The position numbers and the translations under genes were made by a program. From Patescibacteria group bacterium (lineage in GTDB: Bacteria > Patescibacteriota > Patescibacteriia > Patescibacteriales > UBA12075), in the NCBI GenBank assembly GCA_018897195.1, contig JAHILH010000004.1, positions 19,182 through 83,181 on the forward strand: a stretch of 64,000 nt of DNA, read 5' to 3'. Below the pieces are notes generated by a model. The model saw only the letters and a list, made by a program, of their open reading frames with translations. It searched no databases and was not told the DNA's origin. Within the stretch, counting starts at the first letter, position 1; every line of letters starts with the position of its first letter. This document shows, piece after piece, positions 37,609-44,806 of the stretch.

Positions 37609-38535
37609 CTACAACCGTATATAAAAAGTCACTACGCCATCATCTTCAATGGCCAAGATTACCAGGCGAGCATTAATGCCTCGAAAGACATCCCTAAACG
37701 TTTCCTTATTATACTCACATCTCATTATAGTCAAAATTTCTTCAATTAAATCCAAGGTTTCTTTCTTGTTTAAATATAGGTCATCTAAAAATTCCAAATA
37801 TAATTTTTTTCTACCTACGCCTAGTCCTCCTTTTTTGTATCGCTCGCTGGCAAAAAACCAATACTTATGCTCGCTTTTAAGCAATCCTATTAATTCACCA
37901 ACAATTCGCCTTTCCTCGCTATTCATCTGATGATAATTATCTTTATTTAAAAAATAATAAATCTTGTAATAGAGATCATTATTGTCAATATCAAATCCAA
38001 TATTTAAAATATTTTGAGTAATTTCAAAACTGGGATTAAACCCTAGTCGTTTAAAAAGTTTATCGATTATCTCAACAGAGTTCTTTTTTAAATTTATTTT
38101 GCCACTTCTCAAAGCTCCACCCAAGATAAGCCAAATTGCAAACTGATAATCTTCATTTTCAATATCTGCCCCAATATAAACATCCATGGGGTCATCAGAA
38201 ACGGACTTCAAGGCCTCGTGGAGTGTGTCGAGCTGAAGATTAATATTATTTTTTTGAAAAATATCAAAATAACTATCTAGTCTTTTTAAATAGGCGCCTT
38301 TATTGCGATAAGAATACGCTTTACTATCCAAATTTAAAAGACGCATTTTACTATCATCTTTTATAGCCTTGTTAAACTTAAAAGACAGTTCAAACTGAGT
38401 CAAGCCTAAACTGTCTATCGCAAAAATATCTCCAACAAAAGAGTTAAGATTGGATTTTGTTGTCTTGGAAAGTTTTAAACTTTGACAAAACAAATTTATA
38501 TTTTCTACTATCTCCCTTTGATGATCATCCAACAT
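37609..38535 (-). CDS. hypothetical cytoplasmic protein (no motif recognised)
   Basis: 308 aa. Tightly packed between an rSAM gene and a secreted Cys-rich protein gene. Has recurrent beta-strand-like Y/F-rich segments (YYKIYYFL, KLYLEFL, VTFYIRL). Confidence 0.5.
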   Translation of the reverse strand: MLDDHQREIVENINLFCQSLKLSKTTKSNLNSFVGDIFAIDSLGLTQFELSFKFNKAIKDDSKMRLLNLDSKAYSYRNKGAYLKRLDSYFDIFQKNNINLQLDTLHEALKSVSDDPMDVYIGADIENEDYQFAIWLILGGALRSGKINLKKNSVEIIDKLFKRLGFNPSFEITQNILNIGFDIDNNDLYYKIYYFLNKDNYHQMNSEERRIVGELIGLLKSEHKYWFFASERYKKGGLGVGRKKLYLEFLDDLYLNKKETLDLIEEILTIMRCEYNKETFRDVFRGINARLVILAIEDDGVVTFYIRL

Positions 38536-38549
38536 CGTTTAAAATATTA

Positions 38550-39608
38550 TCAATCCTTAGAAAAAATCGCCAAACACTCTTCGTGCATAATTTTATTATC
38601 TGAGTCTCTTTGTGGAATTTTTTCACATAACTGCTGGTCTTTTTTTTCTTTGACGGCGTCAAGGGCATATTTTTCATAACAAAAATTGTCGTGAAAAAAA
38701 TTATTTACCTCAGTCTTCAAATTATAATCATCATCCATGTTTAAGACAATACAATATTCACGCATAAATCTATCGTTAATCATGTCACAAATCCCCTTGT
38801 CAGAGGTCTTGGAGGCTTTTGATAAATAAACAGTCGACTGGCAACGCTTTTCCGCCCTCTCGGCCTCTAATTTACAGCCGATAGTACCGCCGTCGTCTTG
38901 CTTGCTCTTAATACAATCATTTGCGGCAATGCTTCTGTCAAAGACGCACATATCAGGATTTCCCGCCGCCATCGCAAAACACAATTTCTTGTCATATTGA
39001 TCGTTAACAAGATTGCAATGATCTGCCGAGCCGTCAACAAGCGCCAACACTATTAATTTAGCATCATCTGTCAAATTGCTAATAACTTTATCACTATAAT
39101 CTTTCAAAGACACCAACTTATAGTAAAATGAGTTGCAATTTTCCATTAATTCTTTTGAAAAAGAATTGCAATTATTATTATCCCTAGCAACCAACATGCG
39201 AATCATGGCATAATTATAGTACTCATCACCACTAAAATAGTCAGGTGTATTTTGAGAAAAAAAATCGGCAGCTAAGCAGATATTCAAATCGTTAAATTTC
39301 GACGACGGTTCCTTTTCTAATGTAGCCGGGTTTAAGCCATTGCCCAGGACTGATGGTTTTACAAATTTTAGAAAATCTGCATCAGTTGGATTTGGGGAAA
39401 TTACATCATCAGAAGCTGGCGCTTGGCAAGCAGCACCATTATTATTACTATCACTGCTCGGGCTCCACGGTAAGGATAAAATTAACCCAGAAAGCGCCAC
39501 ACCTGGACTAATATGATTCTTCCAGGCGTAACTAAAGACTAAAATTATAACGGAAAGATAGGTCAATGACACGACCAATAATAAATAAAAAAGAATTTTT
39601 TTGAGCAT
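38550..39608 (-). CDS. secreted/membrane-anchored Cys-rich protein (hypothetical)
   Basis: The ATG at 39608 (MLKKILFYLLLVVSL...) is preferred because the 39647 start overlaps the precursor gene. N-terminal TM/signal and about 16 Cys in the mature part. Confidence 0.55.
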   Translation of the reverse strand: MLKKILFYLLLVVSLTYLSVIILVFSYAWKNHISPGVALSGLILSLPWSPSSDSNNNGAACQAPASDDVISPNPTDADFLKFVKPSVLGNGLNPATLEKEPSSKFNDLNICLAADFFSQNTPDYFSGDEYYNYAMIRMLVARDNNNCNSFSKELMENCNSFYYKLVSLKDYSDKVISNLTDDAKLIVLALVDGSADHCNLVNDQYDKKLCFAMAAGNPDMCVFDRSIAANDCIKSKQDDGGTIGCKLEAERAEKRCQSTVYLSKASKTSDKGICDMINDRFMREYCIVLNMDDDYNLKTEVNNFFHDNFCYEKYALDAVKEKKDQQLCEKIPQRDSDNKIMHEECLAIFSKD

Positions 39609-39637
39609 ATTTATAATTTGTAAAAAATAACAACCTA

Positions 39638-39829
39638 CTAGCACCAACCACCTTCACTGTGTGAGCCATGAGAGGCGTGAGAGGCGTGAGAGGCGTGAGA
39701 AGCGTGAGAACAGTGCTGTGAATGAATACATAATTGTGCATTTGCGTCATGAACCTGCGCAACACCGCCGAGCATGGCGGCGACACCAATCAGGGCCAAT
39801 CCCATCTTCGCGCCATTTTTCTCCACCAT
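39638..39829 (-). CDS. hxsA: His-Xaa-Ser repeat precursor peptide (HxsA-like)
   Basis: 63 aa from the ATG at 39829 (GAGGAGGG SD 4 nt upstream): MVEKNGAKMGLALIGVAAMLGGVAQVHDANAQLCIHSQHCSHASHASHASHASHGSHSEGGWC*. Sits next to paired rSAM/SPASM genes. Confidence 0.75.
   Translation of the reverse strand: MVEKNGAKMGLALIGVAAMLGGVAQVHDANAQLCIHSQHCSHASHASHASHASHGSHSEGGWC
39656..39724 (-). repeat. 9-bp (3-codon) tandem repeat encoding the H-x-S units
   Basis: agaggcgtg occurs 3 times perfectly (39671-39697) with degenerate units on both sides. It is in frame within the precursor CDS. Confidence 0.85.
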
Positions 39830-39910
39830 TTTTCCCTCCTCGCTAAGAAGGAAGGTTTTTAACTCTTTTTTAATTTTTGGTAATTTTTGAGACTTATTTT
39901 TCATATGTAT

Positions 39911-39939
39911 ATTTTAACACATTAAAAACTTTTAATCAA
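39911..39939 (-). promoter_or_regulatory. internal promoter upstream of the precursor (TTGATT-N17-TAAAAT)
   Basis: Minus strand reads ttgatt aaaagtttttaatgtgt taaaat, in the 114-nt gap after the upstream rSAM stop. Confidence 0.45.
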
Positions 39940-39943
39940 CTTA

Positions 39944-41083
39944 CTAGAATCTATATGTTTTAATAAATTTAGCGTTCAATTCCAATTCTTTTTTTATAGA
40001 CAGGAATGTCTTAATGTAAATTTTTGAGATAAAACAATAATTCTCCCAGTGACTGTCGCCATCATTGTGTTGATAATAAATATAATGGCCGACGGGACAA
40101 AAACAATATTTGGCGTAATGACAGCGAGCACAGCCTAGTCCGCTATTTTTTAAAAAACCATTTCTAAGCTCTAATAACAAATCCGCTCTTTTCTCGTCAT
40201 CCAGTCCAGCCTCTGCACTGCCAACGATATATGTTGAGCGTTCAGCCTTTTTTAAAGAAAGCACCTTGTCGCATACATAAAAATCTCCATCGATATTAAG
40301 ATTTATTTTATTACATTGCCTTGCCTTATCAAGATTTACTTCATTAACAAAGCTGTCTAATAAATTGTTCTTAAAAACATCTCCCCCAACGTCAAATAAG
40401 CCAATATAATACTTTTTAAATTCCTTAAAAAAATTGACCAAGTGCCCTAAATCATCACTACTCCACGTGGCGTACAAATCCGGTAAAAAATTAATGACAG
40501 AAAACTTCTTGGCGTGTAAAAATTTTATATTCTGCATCAAAGTCTTTATGTCACGCGGTGCAAAAACCAAGGAAGAGGTTATGCCTGACTGGTAAACGTC
40601 TATACTGTTTATATTTTTAAAAATCAACTCAAAACTAGAATTAGCAGATTCTTTTAAAGGGCGATTAGCGTCGTGACAATTCTTATCTCCGTCAATGCTT
40701 ACCTGGATGTTAATTTTATTTTTTTTAAAAAACTCAATTTTATCTATATCCAAAAGCGTTCCATTGGTTGCCAATTTATAGCTAAGAGAAATTTTTTTCT
40801 CCTTAGCTTTATTTGTGGCATACTGATAGACTCTTTTTATTAATGAAAATTCTACAAGGGGCTCGCCACCCAAAAAATTAATCATTTTTTTCTGCCCCGG
40901 ACCGTCCAATAAAATATCCACCGCTTTTCTAATCAGTTCCTCATTAAGGGTAGAATCTCCGTCGTCGGATCGGTCAACAAAACAATATTTGCAATTCAAA
41001 TTGCACTTGCCGGTAAAGAACAGATTTAATACTGATGGGTTATTATTTAACATCCTCCTCATGTCTTTCAAACCATTTTTCAA
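39944..41083 (-). CDS. radical SAM/SPASM enzyme (HxsC-like by size and context)
   Basis: 379 aa. GKCNLNCKYCF, LGGEPL, C-x8-G-x4-C (CNKINLNIDGDFYVC) and CARCHYAKYCFC. Start is ambiguous (41083, 41062 or 41053). Confidence 0.7.
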   Translation of the reverse strand: MKNGLKDMRRMLNNNPSVLNLFFTGKCNLNCKYCFVDRSDDGDSTLNEELIRKAVDILLDGPGQKKMINFLGGEPLVEFSLIKRVYQYATNKAKEKKISLSYKLATNGTLLDIDKIEFFKKNKINIQVSIDGDKNCHDANRPLKESANSSFELIFKNINSIDVYQSGITSSLVFAPRDIKTLMQNIKFLHAKKFSVINFLPDLYATWSSDDLGHLVNFFKEFKKYYIGLFDVGGDVFKNNLLDSFVNEVNLDKARQCNKINLNIDGDFYVCDKVLSLKKAERSTYIVGSAEAGLDDEKRADLLLELRNGFLKNSGLGCARCHYAKYCFCPVGHYIYYQHNDGDSHWENYCFISKIYIKTFLSIKKELELNAKFIKTYRF

Positions 41084-42503
41084 ATATTTTACGATATTTT
41101 TTATTTTTAAGTTTCAAAAATAAATAATCAAACATAGCCTTATTCATCTTGCAACGATCAGTGTTTGATAATTGTGGAAACAATGTCCCATATTCCATGA
41201 AATTAATTAAAGGACAAGTGCCACAATACGGCTTATAAGCACAATTCATGCAACTCACATGACCATCAAGAACCGACGACAAACAAGTAGTCTTTGTCAC
41301 ATCATTGTCTATCAGGTCATTATATCGACTCTCGTTTACGTTACCAATCTGAAAATTATCATATCCCATTTTCTTTGCCATTCTGCCTTCATCGCAAGTA
41401 TAGACTCTTCCATCATAATCAAAGGCCATCTGGCCTATGCCGGCGCCACATGGGGAACGCATCTCCAAATAACCGGAGTCCGTACCTTGTAATACTTTTT
41501 TAAGTGCCAAAAATGACATTCTTTCTACAAACAATAGTCCCTCCGAATTTAATTTTAAAATATAGTCCATCGCCTCCTTATAAAAATCAATAAAATCCTC
41601 GATTTTATAGCCTATCACATCAATGTGTTGCTTTGCCAAACCGATTGGACTCAAGGGCCGCAAAAAAATATTCGTAAAATCACATTTTATATATTCATCA
41701 ATTATTTCCTTGGCATGTGGCAAAGAAAAGCGACTTACGGTTAAAATGGCATTCAACCTATCAATATGTTTTTCCTCGGACTTTTTTCTATTCAGCTTTA
41801 TAACCCCCTGAATGTATTTAATTTTTTTAACAACCGCATCATAGCTATTACCATCTTCTAAATATACCCTATTTTTATTATGAATATTTTTTGGTCCATC
41901 AAAAGAACAACTAATATTCACTCTATTCTCCTCTAAAAATTTCATCTTCTCTTCATCAATCAGTGTTAAATTAGAGACCAGGCTGATTTTTAAATCCTTT
42001 TTAACTTCCTTGTTTAGCTCCCGTGCGTATTTAACGATAAACTTTAAAACTGGCCAATTCAAAAGAGGCTCCCCTCCCTGCAACTCAATGCCAATTCCTT
42101 GCGATGGGGTATTAAACAGCACGTCAATAGTTTTCTTGGCCGTAATCTGTGTCATGTTATAACCGTTAGATTGATGACTCTCAGGCGTCGCCTGACAGTA
42201 AAGACAGCGATGATTACACCTGGCGGTCAGCACGAGAATAAACAAGCTCGGCCCGCTCATGGCAGACTGATTCATTCTGAGATATTCACCAGCCAAATCT
42301 AATATTTTCTTATCGTCTGTTTTGTAAAATCCCTTTACGACTAATTCATTTTTGACTTCTTTTTTAGCGATATCTTTTCCACCCACAAAATCATCAAAAT
42401 CACTTTGACCTAAAATCATCCAACCGCCACTGGCGCTTGTCAACAGAACATCTTTGCCAATATTTCTAAATCTAAAAAATGCCAAATTATTGTTTTTCGT
42501 CAT
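41043..42503 (-). CDS. radical SAM/SPASM enzyme (HxsB-like)
   Basis: 486 aa. N-terminal FRFRNIGKDVLLTSASGGWMIL...DF domain, ARCNHRCLYCQ, QGGEPL, and a full SPASM pattern: CGAGIGQMAFDYDGRVYTC ... CMNCAYKPYCGTC ... C. Confidence 0.75.
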   Translation of the reverse strand: MTKNNNLAFFRFRNIGKDVLLTSASGGWMILGQSDFDDFVGGKDIAKKEVKNELVVKGFYKTDDKKILDLAGEYLRMNQSAMSGPSLFILVLTARCNHRCLYCQATPESHQSNGYNMTQITAKKTIDVLFNTPSQGIGIELQGGEPLLNWPVLKFIVKYARELNKEVKKDLKISLVSNLTLIDEEKMKFLEENRVNISCSFDGPKNIHNKNRVYLEDGNSYDAVVKKIKYIQGVIKLNRKKSEEKHIDRLNAILTVSRFSLPHAKEIIDEYIKCDFTNIFLRPLSPIGLAKQHIDVIGYKIEDFIDFYKEAMDYILKLNSEGLLFVERMSFLALKKVLQGTDSGYLEMRSPCGAGIGQMAFDYDGRVYTCDEGRMAKKMGYDNFQIGNVNESRYNDLIDNDVTKTTCLSSVLDGHVSCMNCAYKPYCGTCPLINFMEYGTLFPQLSNTDRCKMNKAMFDYLFLKLKNKKYRKIFEKWFERHEEDVK

Positions 42504-42508
42504 ACATA

Positions 42509-42721
42509 TTATTTTACGCTTAAAAAAAGAGCGTAATTTTTAAACTCATTACTTATACCCGCTACATCATCAACAACGGGTAATTCAACCTCATAATACT
42601 TTGGGGTATTTTTCAATAAAATCTTCTCCTTACTGATCCATGAAAATTCGCTCATTGTCGTTTTGATAGCGCCTTCACTATAAATAGCCTTATTAAATTT
42701 TAATAAATTTTTTTCTTTCAT
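42509..42721 (-). CDS. small protein, HxsD-like candidate
   Basis: 70 aa. N-terminal F-N-x-x-I-Y-S-x-x-A-I motif shared with 42733..43182. Lies directly upstream of the HxsB-like gene. Confidence 0.4.
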   Translation of the reverse strand: MKEKNLLKFNKAIYSEGAIKTTMSEFSWISKEKILLKNTPKYYEVELPVVDDVAGISNEFKNYALFLSVK

Positions 42722-42732
42722 CTTATTAAAAA

Positions 42733-43182
42733 CTAAATAATTTTTTTAATATTCAAAGAGTCTGACTCATAATCACCGCCATCGATTTTTTCTAGTTCCT
42801 TTTTTAAAGCCTCGATTTCTTTTTCAACATCCATAACTTCATTGTCATTGTTAATGGGCTCCTTTTTTTCCAGTGCTGCCGAAATTGCTCCACCAACAAT
42901 GTATTCAATAACTTTCTTGTTTTGCTTTACCAAGTCTTCTCTTAATATTGTATTAAGTAATTCATTGCTAAACTCGCCTTTAATTTTTTCCAAATCTTTT
43001 TTACTTAAAATATCTTTCCCCTTCAAAACAACTAAGATTTCATCCTTGCTTGGCTTATCTAAATAAACATACACTCTATCAATAAAAACATAGCAGGTTT
43101 TCATTATTATGGCCTGCGAATAAACACTGGTTTTTACATTAAAGCTGATTTCATTATTCTCTATTTTCATTTTAATCTTCAT
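42733..43182 (-). CDS. HxsD-like candidate with acidic coiled-coil tail
   Basis: 149 aa. ISFNVKTSVYSQAIIMKTCYVFIDRVYVYL resembles the HxsD pattern as I remember it (unverified). Confidence 0.4.
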   Translation of the reverse strand: MKIKMKIENNEISFNVKTSVYSQAIIMKTCYVFIDRVYVYLDKPSKDEILVVLKGKDILSKKDLEKIKGEFSNELLNTILREDLVKQNKKVIEYIVGGAISAALEKKEPINNDNEVMDVEKEIEALKKELEKIDGGDYESDSLNIKKII

Positions 43183-43207
43183 AGTTTTGATTATTAATTC
43201 TAAAGTT

Positions 43208-43236
43208 AATTTAGCACAGCATTGCTATTTTGTAAA
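43208..43236 (-). promoter_or_regulatory. candidate internal promoter (TTTACA-N17-TAAATT, TGTG-extended)
   Basis: Minus strand reads tttaca aaatagcaatgctgtgc taaatt, in the 93-nt gap between the UbiA-like and HxsD-like genes. Confidence 0.35.
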
Positions 43237-43275
43237 CGACAACGAATTAAATTGCAACGGAGGTTTCTTCATCAA

Positions 43276-44796
43276 TTAAGAAGAAAATATATACGAAAAA
43301 ATAAATGCAAGCCAGGAACTTAAATATAATACGAATATCTGTTTTTCCTTATACACTTTTTTATTAACCAAATAAAATTGCCACAAACCAGCCAAAATAG
43401 ACAGTACTAAGAAATAAATATTATTAACAACAAAATTAAATAATAAATAATTAATAAGAAAAAAAAGCCCAATTATTATTTTTGAATTTTTTAATCCGAA
43501 AAAGACCGGCAAGGTTATAATACCCTCTTTTTTATCCCCCTCATAATCTTTAATATCAATAAATTGAATAGCGGCCGTAAAACCAATTAAAAATATCAAA
43601 ATTATTAACCTTGGAAATGTTTTTAAGTCTGGTAAAAAATAAGAATACCCCATGAATATCAAAACCAAAGAATTTAAAGAAATTAATAATTTTGAAAAAA
43701 AGAAAACCCGCTTCAATCGTAATGGCGGCATTGAATATAGGAAATAATTTCCGATGAACAAAACTTGATAAAACAAACTCTTATACCCGTTCAAGCTGGC
43801 AAAAAATAAAGATAGGGCAAGGGCAACCCAGGCTAATTTCTTATAAAAATCTAAACTGATTTTTCCTTGCACCAACGGCCTGTCCGTGTTTGATATTTTG
43901 TCAATATTATAATCAATTATATCGTTTGTAATCCCAGAGAACAACAGACCAAAAATAATGCCCATGGCGGAAACAAAGATCATGTCAGGACGCAACACGG
44001 CAAGGGCATCATTAACGCCAATTTGCATCGCACCAATGATAATGCCGAAAAAAAACATTAAAAAATAATGCACCTGTCTTGAAAATCTGGAATCTCCAAT
44101 AATTATTTTAAACTTTTCTTTTTCAAAAAGGAAAAATAAAATTACCAACAACAAAATACTGAACACGGAAAAATAATTAATAAGAACATTGGTCATTACA
44201 ACAAAACAATCATAAATTCTACAATACGGCAACACGATAAACGGTGTAGCGGCAAAAAGAAAAAATATATTATAGGCAAAAAACAGACCCATCATTGATC
44301 TCAAAACACTCTTTGTTTTTAAAATAAAATAAAAAAAGATTAACAATAAAAAAATACCAGCCTCGACTTTCAAACCAGGCGTAATCCCATTTTCAAAAAA
44401 CTTACCGACTGGAAAAAAATATCGATAAATTAAATTAGTATCGACTCCTGGTATTAAATAATCCATATTTAAACCTGCCCCTCTACTGACAACTAAATCA
44501 ATTAAAGGCGGGAGCAAGATTAAGCCGAATGAATGCAAGGCGATATTAATAATTTTCTTAAACGACTCCCTGGTAATAATTCTAATTAAAAAAATGAAAG
44601 ACAAGGCTATGGCTGGAAAAAACATAACAAAATGCAAGTGCATTTCTCGGGAAAAAAGATTGTCAGTGTCAGCAAATGATTCCAAAAAAACCCTCAACAA
44701 GATAATAAAAAGAAAAGATAAAAAATGATAAATAGAAATATTTATATTTTCTATATGATCCACCACTCTTTTGAAGAGCTGCCACGCACTATGCAT
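43276..44796 (-). CDS. UbiA-family prenyltransferase fused to a large N-terminal polytopic membrane domain
   Basis: NDIIDYNIDKISNTDRPL (NDxxDxxxD) and DIKDYEGDKKEG (DxxxD) in the C-terminal half, with ~15 TM segments. The ATG at 44796 avoids an 80-nt overlap with the YcaO gene. Confidence 0.7.
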   Translation of the reverse strand: MHSAWQLFKRVVDHIENINISIYHFLSFLFIILLRVFLESFADTDNLFSREMHLHFVMFFPAIALSFIFLIRIITRESFKKIINIALHSFGLILLPPLIDLVVSRGAGLNMDYLIPGVDTNLIYRYFFPVGKFFENGITPGLKVEAGIFLLLIFFYFILKTKSVLRSMMGLFFAYNIFFLFAATPFIVLPYCRIYDCFVVMTNVLINYFSVFSILLLVILFFLFEKEKFKIIIGDSRFSRQVHYFLMFFFGIIIGAMQIGVNDALAVLRPDMIFVSAMGIIFGLLFSGITNDIIDYNIDKISNTDRPLVQGKISLDFYKKLAWVALALSLFFASLNGYKSLFYQVLFIGNYFLYSMPPLRLKRVFFFSKLLISLNSLVLIFMGYSYFLPDLKTFPRLIILIFLIGFTAAIQFIDIKDYEGDKKEGIITLPVFFGLKNSKIIIGLFFLINYLLFNFVVNNIYFLVLSILAGLWQFYLVNKKVYKEKQIFVLYLSSWLAFIFSYIFSS

Positions 44797-44806
44797 AATT
44801 TTATAT

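Noticed and set aside
39532-39904. Alternative ORFs across the His-Xaa-Ser repeat (39532..39789 minus, 39661..39846 plus, and the 88-aa start at 39904), plus the idea that the 9-bp repeat is a CRISPR or VNTR locus
   Set aside because: The repeat has no spacers and is too short for CRISPR. It is in frame within a peptide ORF that has a strong SD at the internal ATG (39829). The other frames give RERRE/PLTPLTPL artefacts of the same repeat.
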